Below the pieces are notes generated by a model, which had not been told where the DNA came from, searched no databases, and saw nothing but the letters and a program-made list of their open reading frames with translations. DNA of 30,639 bases from Vicugna vicugna (Eukaryota): NCBI GenBank assembly GCA_013265495.1, contig MU057637.1, positions 62,001 to 92,639 on the forward strand, in the 5' to 3' direction. The position numbers and the translations under genes are program-made. This document shows, in pieces, positions 1 through 11,065 of this stretch (positions within the stretch are counted from its first letter, which is position 1; the number at the start of each line of letters is the position of its first letter).

Positions 1-139
1 CAGCAGGCACACCCAGCGTTTATAGCCAGGGACTTGGGTCATTGTTAAAACCTCAAGGCAGTTACTAAGCACATCTTCTTTAAGGAGATAAGCGGCTGGG
101 ATCTGTTACAATTTGTTAACCCAATCATGGGCTCCCACA
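1..139 (-). mobile_element. Probable ERV LTR 5' part (U3 to TATA), truncated by the window edge and inserted into the Charlie element
   Basis: The minus strand begins TGTGGGAG at 139, a typical retroviral LTR start. It has a CCAAT box at 121-125 and TATAAA at 24-19. Charlie transposase homology ends abruptly at about 140. Confidence 0.45.
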
Positions 140-541
140 ATTATGAAAGCTTTCAATCTCAACATAAATGTCTGTACCTGTGTAACTAGGTAATAGGTAC
201 AATTTCTCTTTCTTTGGTACTTCAGGCCATGCTTGTCTACCTGTACTGAGATAAAAGTGATAAAACATGAGCACTGCCATTTTTGTCTTTGATTATTGAA
301 TATTGAAAAAAATACTTTCTTGATCAGCGTTAATAATACAGTAAATCTTTGTGAAATTCTTCCTCTACTCAACCATTGAGCAAGGAACACAAGATTCTTA
401 AATGTATTGTTTTCCATTTTTTCAATAGTTTTGTAAGCTGGCTAGGATTCTGATTATTTTCAGGTACACACATCAGTTTTAACAACTTAATACATGCTAC
501 TTTTCATAGCTTTAGAATGCTGAGCACAAATATTTTTCATT

Positions 542-670
542 CTTTTTTTTGAGGGGGAGATAATTAGGTTTGTTTGTATGTTTGTTTGTTTTGATGATGG
601 CACTGGGGATGGAACCCAGGACCTTGTGCATGCCAGACACACACTCTATCGCTGAGCTATACTAGCCCCC
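542..670 (-). mobile_element. tRNA-derived SINE, camelid Vic-1 type
   Basis: Minus strand reads GGGGGCTAGTATAGCTCAG (A box), then GGGTTCCATCCCCAG (B box), an (AAAC)n-like stretch, CCTAATTATCTCCCCC and poly(A). This matches the camelid SINE layout as I recall it. Confidence 0.8.
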
Positions 671-1194
671 TCACAAGTCTACTCTATGTATATCATACAG
701 TGGAGCAGAGCAATAAGAGGAATATCAGTTTCTTCTTTTAAAAGTCCAATAAGTGTAGGTTTTTAACCTAACATGGCTGGAGCTGTCTATTGAGATGGAG
801 ACTATTATTTTAATATATAGCTGAAATTCTTTGGCTGTTTAAAAGGTGAAAAATAATCCATGCTACAATTTTGATTTTTTTAAGGTACATATTTGACAAT
901 TCTCCTTAAGTTTGGAAGTTCTTTCAAACAAAATGTGTCTAAATTTGTACTTTGGTAGTGTCTCTTGTATCACATGATTTATCTAAAGCTAAAAGAAAAG
1001 TAATTTCTCATATTTTGAATCTACTGATTTTTGATACTGTTAGACAGGTCTTCCATATGATGGACAGTAAATTGGTGGCTTAATTGAAGGCCTTCTACTT
1101 TTTCTATAATATCTGTTTTAGTATTCCTCATAATTTTATAATAAAATATCTATAATTGAAATAATTTATTTACCATCTCTCTACTTAAATATGG

Positions 1195-1272
1195 TTTCTT
1201 CCCTATTTCCTTCCTTCCTTCCATCCTTCCTTTCTTTCTTTCATCTCTCTCTCCCTCCCTCCCTTTCTTTTT
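1195..1272. repeat. (TTCC)n/(CTTT)n pyrimidine microsatellite
   Basis: Directly visible low-complexity tract. Confidence 0.9.
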
Positions 1273-2251
1273 GCAAGAATCCATGCCATTCTATAGCTCA
1301 CGAGAGTAATAAGCTCAGATCCTTTAAAAATCTTTTAAAAATGTTTGTTGGACATTTAATTTTGATCTCAGATGAATAACTTTGTTGCTTCTATTTTGAC
1401 TTAGGAAACTTCTTATGAAAATGTACTATGTATTTCCTGAAAAATGTCTCCTAATATTGTCTACATGCTGTTTAAAATATTTTTATGTAAGTCATAGTTT
1501 TTAAATTTTGCTCTACCAAAGCTAATTGTGATTATTATTCATGTTAAAGTTGGTGCATTGTTTTCTTCTAGTCTCACAACACTGTGCCGGTGGCAGCGCT
1601 ATCTTCACTGCATCTCCACTTGATTCTGCTTGGGTAGAATGCCTATGTTTTAATTTAGAAATTTTGTTATACCCTATCCCCTTTTGCCCAGACCAAAAAG
1701 TTAAAGAAAACAACTTAATTCAAAATACGTTAAAATTAAAAATTTCAATAATAATTAAAATTCAAATAGTATCTCTGGTTATCAGTTATGATTTACATAG
1801 GGATCACTGTAATTGTGTACTTTGCAAAAAATTCAATAAATGATTTACTCTATTATTACATTGATGTGTAGAGAAAATTCATTTTAGTTGATTAGTTAGT
1901 TGATGCTGACTAGATAAAAACAATAAATGTTTCTTTTGTAGATAGATATTTTACATTGCCTCAGCTTTTAAATTTAGATAAAATTAATTATAATTAAATA
2001 AAAATTCAATTCCTCAGTAATGGTAGTCTCATTTCAAGTGTTCACTAGTCACATGCAGCCAATAGTTAATGTATTGGAAATTAAACTTTGAGAGTTGGTT
2101 ATATACTTGGTTAAAGTATTTTGATGAAGACCAAAGATTATAGCCTTTTTAGCATTTTTTCTTTTTTCTGTGATAATGCTAATGTGACAGGAGTAGTACA
2201 AAGAGGGCTTATGTATGACTCAAGAAACCTGGAATGAGCTGCTTAAAGCTA

Positions 2252-4557
2252 CAGGGACACCTTGTTTTAGTTTTGCACTTTTCTTTGTTGTGCTTTGCAG
2301 ATATTGCATTTTTTTAAACAAATTAAAGGCTTGTGGCAACTATGTTAAGTATGTCTGTTGGTGCCACTTTCCCAACAGCATTTGCTCACATCATGTCTCT
2401 GTGTTACATTTTAGTAATTCTTGTAATATTTCAAAAATTTTCATTATTATTATACTTGTTGTGGTAAGCTGTGATCAGTAATCTTTGATGTTACTATTGC
2501 AATTGTTTCAGGGTGCCAAAAACCACACCCATTTAAGATGGCAAACAATTGGTAAATGCTGTGTGTTCTCACTGCTCCACCAACTGGTCATTCCCCCCCT
2601 CTCTCCCTCTCTTCAGGCCTGCCTATTCCTTAATACAGAACAATATTGTAATCAGGGTAATTAATAACCCTACAGTGGTCCCAGTGTTCAAGTGAAAGTA
2701 AGAGTTGCATGTCTCTCACTTTAAATCAAAAACTAGAGACAATTAAGTGCAGTGAGGAAGACATGCTAAAGCTAAGATAGGCTGAAAACTAGGCCTCTTG
2801 TGCAAATGAGCCAAATTGTGAGCAAAGGAAAGTTCTTGAAGGAAATTAACAGTGCTACTCCAGTGAATACACAAATAATAAGAAAGTGAAACAGGATAAC
2901 TGCTGATACAGAGAAAGCTTTATTGTTCTAGATAAAAAATCTAATCAGCCACAGAATTCCCTTAATCCAAAACCTAATCTAGAGCAAGGCCCTAGTTCTC
3001 TTTAATTCCCTGAAGGCTGAGAGAGGTAAGAAAGCTGCAGAAGAGAAGGCTGAAGCTAGCAGAGTTTGGCTGATGAGGTTTAAGGAAAGACACAATCTCC
3101 ATAACACAAAAGTACAAGGGGAAACAATAAAGGCTGATGGAGAAAATGCAGGAAGTCTGCCTCAAGATCTCAATAAGAGAATTCATTTTGGTGTCTACAC
3201 TAAACGACAGATTTTCAGTGTTGATGAAACAGCCTTATATTGGAAGATGCCATCTAGGACTTTCATTCGGGTCTAACATTGTTGGTGACTTTAAGTTGAA
3301 ACCAGTACTTATTTACCATTGTGAAAACCATCAGGCCCTGAAGAATTATGTTCAGTCTGCTCTCCTGGGCTCTGTGAATGGAACAACAAAGCCCAGATGA
3401 GAGCACATCTATTGACAACATGGCTTATTGAATATTTTAAGCTCACAGTTGAGACCTCAGAAAAAAAAAAAAATTATTATTTTCAAAATATTTTTGCTCG
3501 TTGGCAATGCAACTGATCACCCAAGAGCTCTGATGGAGATTAATGTTATGTGCCTGCTAACAAAACATATGTTCTGCAGCCCATGGGAAGAGTGACTACA
3601 ACGCTCAAGTCTTATTATTTAAGATATATTTTGCAAGGCTACAGCTGCCATAGGTAGAGATTCCTCTGATGAATCTGTGCCAAGTAAAGTGAAAACCTGG
3701 AAAGCGTTCCCCATTCTAGATGCCATTAAGAACATTTGTGACTTCTGGGAAGAGGTCAAAGAATCACCATTAACAAGAGTTTGAAAGACATTGATTCCAA
3801 TCCTCTTGGATGACTTTTTGAGGAGTTTAAACCTCCAGTGGAGGAATGAACTACAGATGTGGTGGAAATAGCAAGAGAATGAGAATCAGCAGTGGAGCAA
3901 GAAGATGAGACAGAATTAGCTGCAATCTCAGGATAAAATGTGAATGGGTGAAGAGTTGCTCCTTATGGATGAACAAAGAAAGTGATTCTTGAGATGAAAT
4001 CTACTCCTGGTGAAGATGTTATGAAGATTGTTGAAATGACCAAAATAATTTAGAATATTACATAAACTTGATAAAATGGCAGTAGGGTTTGAGAGAATTG
4101 AGTCCAGATTTGAAAAGTTTTACTGTGGATAGAGTGCTATCAAACAGCATTTCACATTAGACAGAAATCACTTGTAAAAGCAAGAGCCAATTGATGCAGC
4201 AAACTTCACTGCTTAATTTTCAGAAATTACCACCGCCACCCCAGCTTCCAGCAACCACCGCCCTGGTCAGTCAGCAGCCACCAACATGGAGGCAAGACCC
4301 TCCACCAGCAGAAAGATTACAGCTCACTGTCAGCTCAGTGGGTGATTAGCATTTTTTAACAATAAAGTATTTTTTGTTTAAGGTATGTATACTTTTTAGA
4401 CATAATGCTATTGTGCACTTAACAGGCTAGAGTATATTATAACTATACCTTTATATGTACTAGGAAACCCCAAAACTCCTGTGACTTGCTTTGTTGTGAC
4501 ATTGGCTTCATAATGGTAGTCTGGAATTGAGCCTGCAGTGTTTCCAAGGTATGCCTG
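2252..4557 (+). mobile_element. Near full-length Tigger1 (TcMar-Tigger) DNA transposon, transposase inactivated
   Basis: Terminal inverted repeats CAGGGACACCTTG...CAAGGTATGCCTG, with TA target duplications at 2250-2251 and 4558-4559. ORF fragments [31 protein letters not shown] and GDFKLKPVLIYH are Tigger1/pogo transposase. Confidence 0.95.
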
Positions 4558-5323
4558 TACTTGCATTGTCTTTGTGGCATGCTTCATAGTCATGCAAAAT
4601 TAAAAAAAAAAAAGAACATTTCAAACACTGCTTATGGATAAAGGCTATTTAGGAATCAAACATTTGGACACATGTATTACATTTGAAGTCATGGCTCATC
4701 CCCCATTATTCTCCGAGTATTCTGCAGGAGTACTTGGGGAGTGGGGGCATAGAGTATAGACTCTAAAACTGCTTTCATCATTTCAGTGAAAGACCAAATG
4801 ACAACAAAAGAGGGGAGTATTTTGTTTAAGCGCTCTCTCACAAGTTAAAGGACATCTCATCTATAGAGATCTCATCAGGCTTACAACAGATCTTTAAATT
4901 AGGAAATTTAATTTCAGCTGATATGGACTGTGGAAGGAAGTTAATGGAGTTCAAGTATTTAATATTCTGAGTTTGGGTAAATATGGAAATGTTTTATTAT
5001 GCACACCTCAACCGCTCTTTGGTTTTTAAAGCTGGGGTCCCTCAACTAGTTATAGCACCAGCCTTTCTCTCTCTCTCTCTTTATTTCCTGCTTTTTCTTT
5101 TGTCTTCTTTTCTTTCTTTCGCTGTTGTCCTTTGAGCAAGCCAAGCAGTAAGTTCTCCATGTTTCTGATTTTCCCAAAATAAATGAAGGTAAATTCTTAT
5201 TCCATTCTCAGTCATGATCTGTGAATAGAGGGGGATGTCTAAAGACCTGTTTTAAAAATCAGAGGAGCAAGTCTATGAATAAAAAAAGGAATTGAAACTT
5301 GCCAACTAGAGAATTTGTCTACT

Positions 5324-5560
5324 AGAGTGTTTCCAAATGGATTCTGTAGGAGTAGTCACTAGAGATGGTCCTTGAAGAAAGGTTTCTGTGTTAAGTTTGA
5401 AGAAACACTGTGTACCATAATAGTGGCCTATTGATGATTCATAATGCACAATAATATGTTAAAGATTCTGAGACATCTTACAAGAAAGAAACTTGTGATA
5501 GCTTGTTTATCTTTTGTTTCTTAAACTTCTTGGACCGTGGAATTCTTTTTTTATTTCTCA
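5324..5560. mobile_element. hAT-Charlie non-autonomous fragment (Charlie4-like)
   Basis: The stretch attcataatgcacaataatatgttaaagattctgagacatcttacaagaaagaaac resembles a recalled Charlie4-type consensus. Confidence 0.45.
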
Positions 5561-5592
5561 TATCTGTTGTATGAGTAATGCTGCCCTCTAGA

Positions 5593-5595
<3 letters not shown>

Positions 5596-5637
<42 letters not shown>

Positions 5638-5642
5638 TTTTT
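5596..5642. repeat. (TA)n microsatellite followed by poly(T)
   Basis: Directly visible. Confidence 0.95.
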
Positions 5643-5999
5643 GGTTGGAGGGAGAAAACTTTCTTAAATGTTATCTGTCTAACATGAGAAAAAGGACAAA
5701 TCTCATAAACTAAATTCCAGAAATTTAATGTAATTGTATATTTTTCATTTTTTAAAGTTTTCTTTTAAAAAATCTGATACAAGAAAAATATATAAAGCAA
5801 CGGCGAGAAGAGAAACCAGTAAGACCTACTGGTACCATCTAAGTAAGAGCTGGTTAACATTTTCAAATCAGGAGTTCTTCGAAAAAATAAATAGAGCTCT
5901 ATCTCTAATGTCCAAATGCCTTTAGTTGGTTCTCCCAATTTTGAAGGAATACATTATTTTTCTACATATATTTTCCTTTTCTACAAATTTACCTAAATG

Positions 6000-7000
6000 A
6001 TTTTTATAAAGCTGATACTACATAGAAGCCAAAATTGGAGAGACAGTACTCACACAAACTTCACACATTTGTTTTATTTTACGAACACTTACATAGAGCT
6101 TACATACTACAGTGTGATACTGGCACAGAACGGAGGTAGAAATTAACAAAACAAAACAGTGTCTAGGAAAGGATCCATATAAAATGGAGTTTTACATGCA
6201 ACACATTTGGCAATTGAAATAGTGAGGAATGGCAGATCATGCAAAATATTTGGGGATAAATGATTAGGAAAAGTCCATAATGAAAATATTAATTTAAAAC
6301 AAGTACAATTTCTAAAATAAAGAAAATATAAGACAAAAGAGAGCAAGAAGATGAGCACATGACTGTAAAGAAATGGAAATGGTGCAAGCATAAAAATATG
6401 CTCAGCTGCAGTCACCAGACACTGCAAATTAACCCAACCAGATACCAGCATCCTATCAAATTAGCAAAAAAAAAAAAAAGAAAACAAAAATATAAAAAAA
6501 AATATACTACAAACTCGTGGTTCCATTTCTCAGTGTCTACCCTAGAGAAATAGTTTTTTCTTTTACAAATTGCACTGCAGCAATTTGTGAGAGAAAAATG
6601 GAAAAATCTAAATATATATCACCAAGAAATACATATGTATATAATCTTGGAAATATATCCCTCCACTGTGGAATATTTTGCAATGATTCAAAGGAGATAT
6701 ACATGTATAATATATATAGAGAGAGACAGGGAAACACAATCAAGACATTAAGTGGGAAAAAATAAGTTCAAGAACATACATTCTTCCTATTACTCATGTA
6801 AAATTGGAAAAGAAAATGATTCCTACATATTCCACATAGACCCATATACACACACACACACATACAGACATATACAGACAGACGTACATAAATGTGTTGG
6901 AAAAGCACTAGTAGGAAAACTGACAAGCAATCATTATCTGCAGGAAAGAATCCTTGACTGGTAGAAGGCAGACGAGGAATATATCAATATATTCCTTTAT
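6000..7000 (+). mobile_element. Ancient L1 (L1ME-like) ORF2 3' region and 3' UTR
   Basis: Degenerate matches to L1 ORF2, such as acagtgtgatactggcacag and aaaatatgctcagc...ctgcaaattaacccaaccagatacc...atcaaattagcaaaa. Confidence 0.6.
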
Positions 7001-7004
7001 TATT

Positions 7005-7460
7005 TTTTCTGCAACATTTAATTAGGAATGTTTGCAAATACATAGAAAGGTTAGAAGAAATGTAAGTGAACATCCATAAACCCACCTAGATTCTACAGTA
7101 GCCTACTATATTTATCTTATATCTATTTACCATTTGTTTTTAATGCATTTCATGTTGCAGATGTCCATACACTTTACCCTTAAACACTCCATGCATATTA
7201 ACTAAAATTGAGAAAGCAAATTATATTCAGTGAAATACACAAACCTCCAGTGTACCATTACTTGAGTTCAACCTATATGATCCAAGCCACTATCAAGATA
7301 GAGAACATTACCATCACCCTATAAATCTCTCTCATGTCCCTACCTAGTCAATCCCCACACCCACCATCCTAAAGGCAGACATCATTTTGAGCTTTTTTTA
7401 AGCACAGATAAGTATTGCTTGTTTTGTAATTTCATAAAAATGAAACTATATAGTAATGTT
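7005..7460 (-). mobile_element. Old L1 (L1MC/L1MD-like) 3' end
   Basis: caaatacatagaaaggttagaagaa and ccactatcaagatagagaacattaccatcaccc are typical of antisense L1M 3' UTR. Confidence 0.6.
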
Positions 7461-7481
7461 CTCATAAAATAGTGAAATGCT

Positions 7482-7608
7482 AGTTTACATATTGTTTATG
7501 GCCACTTTCAAGCTACAAATAGCAGAGTCGAGGAGCTGCAACACTCTATTGCTAACAAAGCCTAAAATACTATCTGGTCCTTTAAAGAAAACAGTTTGCA
7601 GCCTCCTG
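7482..7608. mobile_element. MER58A (hAT-Charlie MITE) fragment
   Basis: gtttacatattgtttatggccacttt...aaagcctaaaatactatctggtcctttaaagaaaacagtttgcagcctcctg matches the MER58A terminal half. Confidence 0.8.
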
Positions 7609-7669
7609 GTCAAAAGCATTTATATAGGCTTTTTCATTCCAAACTGATACCTGAAACTATCTTATGCAA

Positions 7670-7790
7670 CCTTTTCCTTATAGAGGAAACTAAGACCAAG
7701 AGATTTTAAATGACTTATCTAAGCTTAGGTGGAAACGTAGAACTCAAATTTAGGTCTGTATTCTGAGTCCTAGTCGGATCATCTTCTCAA
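7670..7790 (-). mobile_element. MIR SINE fragment
   Basis: tagaggaaactaagaccaagagattttaaatgacttatctaag is the antisense MIR core. Confidence 0.6.
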
Positions 7791-8049
7791 TATACCGGTA
7801 CATTTCTACAACTTATCAAGTAAAAATATATATGTCCACAGGCTCACTTTGACTCTCATGCCCTATCTGTAAACTTGAAAATGAGTTAGAAGTTTAGAGG
7901 AACAGAATCATGGTGAGCTAAGGGAAATTTCGCCTTTATGAACAAGTTTTTCCACAAAGAAGACTTTCATAGTGTGGAGCTAAACCAATGAATCCACAGT
8001 ACTCTCAACTTACAAACAGGTGGATCACAGGTGGAAATTGATTAAGTGA

Positions 8050-8560
8050 CAATTTCTTCATCAATAGAATAGCAAGTGCTTATTATGTGCTGGGTGCTGT
8101 AGAGATATAAATTCCTGCCGTGAGAACATCCAGTGAGTAGGAGCAGTGCACAGAAGAAAACTATCATCCAATGTACAAAGTTTTAGGTGTTAGAGGTGAT
8201 AAGTGTGGTATTATTTTCATCTGGGCATGCCAGAGAATGCTTATGATGGAGCTGGATGGAGCTGGAACTGAAGAGTTTATGATGTAGAGGATGAAGGGTT
8301 TGGGAGAGGGAATGAACAGGGCACCCCAGACCAGCGGGCCTCAGATACACCTATCTGGCTGTGACAGGAGGTATACCAGGAATATGGTGTAAAATGGCAG
8401 GTTATGAGGTTGGAAACATAGCCAATATGTAATGCACCCAGAATGCCAGGCTATCTGGAACTTACGTAAACATTCTGAAAGCAGCGGGAATACAAATAGT
8501 TTTGGGGTACACGGAAGTAGCATGAGCAAAACTACAGCCTTAGAAATAATCTGAGAAATA
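8050..8560 (-). mobile_element. L2 LINE 3' fragment
   Basis: caagtgcttattatgtgctgggtgctgt and gaatgccaggcta...cattctgaaagcagcgggaa resemble antisense L2. Confidence 0.55.
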
Positions 8561-8572
8561 CTGGTTTAGGTC

Positions 8573-8876
8573 TGTCAGCCGCGGGAGGCTGGAGAGGGGT
8601 GCGAGGAGGTGAGCTGCCCAAGTGGAAAAATGCACAAGGAGCTGACGTGATGCGTGAGGAGCTGACATGGAGCAAAACAGCAGTTTATTGCAGTACGAGC
8701 GGGTGAAGCGCGTCCTCGGGCGTATGCACGTGTCCTTTTATTATGCCCGCGCGTGCGTATTGTTCATAATACTTTCTCATGCTACTGGCACATGTGTACA
8801 TTTACTTCCCACCTCACACACATGCAAGTTATTGTGAACCTTGGTCCCATGGCCTACTCACTTAAGACTGTCGACA
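8573..8876 (-). mobile_element. Young solo LTR (304 bp), ERV family unassigned
   Basis: TGTC...GACA termini and a perfect 5-bp TSD AGGTC at 8568-8572 and 8877-8881. On the minus strand a TATA-like TAATAAAA (8743-8736) precedes AATAAA (8689-8684). It contains 17 CpGs. Confidence 0.85.
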
Positions 8877-10069
8877 AGGTCACAACAATTCCAAATGATT
8901 CTTGGATCTTTCTAGAGGTGCACCTGTATTTAAGAGCCCACAGTCTCCAGTCAAAAAACACTGCACTATTTTTAAACAGCAGATAATAGCTGAAAGCCAA
9001 GGGTCTATTTAAACTTGGAACAATTTTGAAAGAAAGTTTCAAAAGATCTTCATCTGGTGCTTAAGTTTTACAATCAGAGATTTCACATGAAAAGGCACTG
9101 CCAGGTCCTGATAAAGAGGGGCAGAACTGGTAGGAATGTTAAGGGCCATGCAATTTGCAACAGGTGGTTAGCATTGCAGAGCTAGAAAGACAAGCACCCG
9201 AGGCTCCCTGTGAATGTGCACCTTCACGAGGCACTGGAGGAAGGGGTCAGATGGAAGAGTGGTGAGCAGGTCAGAGGAAATTCATTCCTGAACCGACGGT
9301 GGTAGTGTGTGCAGCATAGAGATATTCAGGAGATGTTATGGGAAATAAAACTGGCATGATCTGGCCAGGTTCAGAGCCCAGATGACAGCAGTGATAGTGA
9401 CAGTCTTCAAAAACTCCAAATACAGGAGCAACTCAGAACTTCAGTGAAGGGAGGGGAAAGAGCCCTGCTCAATCAGTTGACGTATAAGGTACCTGAGTTA
9501 TCCAAGCCTCACTCTCAGGTTTATGGGATATGCAAGAAGCAACTGCAATCTGAGATGATAACCAAGAAGTAAAATTTGTCAATAATCTTTGCAATTGTTT
9601 TAAGATGAAGATGATGAGAAGACAAGGCCCAAAAGAGCACCTGGGAAATACATATTCAGGAAACAAGAGAACCAGGAAAGGAATGGCTAGAGAAGTGTGG
9701 AGTGGGGGTAAGGGCCGCTTTTTATGGGCCAGATACTGCCAGCTGGTCAGAAACCACCAAAAGAAAAGTACCTCCTTCCGTACACAAGGGCCAATTCCTT
9801 ACCATGGTATTAGCAAAATACTAAGAGCAAATCATAAATAAGAGCCAGCTCCACAAATGTCTCAATAACAAAGTTTAAACAGATGTGGGGATGTTGTTAG
9901 GTTAGAGAATTCTTTTCAAACATATTATTAGCTAACAACATCCTGTAGGGAGAGGATGAGACTGTTAAATTAACCTCCATTGAGTCTGAGGGTAGGTAAA
10001 AATAATCTGAAGCCTGTATGAAGTTCTCATAAGAGCCATATAAGCAGCTGAATAGGGCAATAAAGCAGG

Positions 10070-10175
10070 ACACAGGAGAGCTGGGTAACAGCTCCGGTTC
10101 TGTTATCCTAATCAGATGCACCACCCAGGCATGTTAAGCTCAGCTGAGTCTCCCATGAGAAAGCAAAGGGGAGGC
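10070..10175 (+). mobile_element. Highly diverged MIR fragment
   Basis: gagctgggtaacagctccggttctgttatcctaatcagatg...caggcatgttaagctcagctgagtctc weakly matches the MIR core. Confidence 0.35.
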
Positions 10176-10356
10176 TTCTTCTGAACACTGAGCTATGAAA
10201 ACCCATTCGTGCTGTACTCAAAAAAAGAAAGGAAAATGCCCAAACACTGGGTGAACCTTTATGCTATTAAATGCCAATACCATCAAAGACATTAAAAATA
10301 ATGTTGTAGAAGACTAATTACAGCTAATTAGAACTGAGGACATTTCATAGTACTGC

Positions 10357-11010
10357 TCACTTATCCAACCAATTTTTATTACATCCCTACTAAGTGCCAG
10401 GCCCCAGACTAAGTGTTAGGAAGTTGTGAATAAGAAGTTTATGTCTAGTAAACAGGCAACAATAATACAATTTTGAATTGACAAAAGCTATGCTGGAAAA
10501 AGGTATCACAGGGTACATTGAAGCACTTGACCCAGTCTTAAGGAGGTCAAAGAGGAGTTCAAAAACATTTCCCAGAGATCAGGCTCTGAAAGCTGATGTC
10601 TGAGTAGCCAGGCCAAGGTGAAGGAAGGGGATGCTCAGAAGCTAGGAAACCAGCCCAGAATGGGTGGGAGAGATCTATGTAGGACAGTAAGGTGACAAGA
10701 GAGAAATACACCAACGTGGTTGCAAAAAGTTTGTAGGTCATGCTTAAAGCCCCAGGGGAGAGTAAAGTTTGACATGAAGAGGTGCCTATAAAACATCCAG
10801 TTGAAAATTTCTGACAGGCAGTTAGAAGAATATAAAAAAGCCTTAGGGACTAGAGATGCAGATTTGGATCCCAACATAGAGACAGTAACTAAAGCCACAA
10901 GAACACCAAAGTTCTAGCAGGAAGTGCGGACAGTCTCCACACTGAGAGGTGATGGAGAGGCCCAGGGAGACTCCCAACGCATCAACCTGCCAGAAGGTGG
11001 CTGAGGGAAA
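10357..11010 (-). mobile_element. L2 LINE fragment
   Basis: Antisense L2 3' end (cctactaagtgccaggcc) and an internal block (gaggtgcctataaaacatccagttgaaa...gactagagatgcagatttgg). Confidence 0.7.
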
Positions 11011-11065
11011 AAAATCATTCCCCTTACACATTAAGTGATAAGACTAGGAATCTAGCTGAATATAC

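Larger units (their letters stand above)
140..2080 (-). mobile_element. Decayed hAT-Charlie DNA transposon (Charlie5/MER33-like) with a Buster/GTF2IRD2-type transposase remnant
   Basis: Minus-strand translation gives hAT motifs in canonical order: NIRRHF (BED finger, ~1430-1460), SYRMAWILA..KKP, LQLSHQFTVHHMEDLS, LALDKSCDTRDT (957-992), D-x-APAMLG (~770-790), HCMIYIE (682-702) and WLSRG (361-375). Positions 1960-2080 resemble the MER3/MER33 terminus. Confidence 0.85.

Noticed and set aside
1541..1843. 100-aa + strand ORF with signal-peptide-like start
   Set aside because: It overlaps the 5' region of the Charlie fossil on the opposite strand and ends in AT-rich low-complexity sequence.
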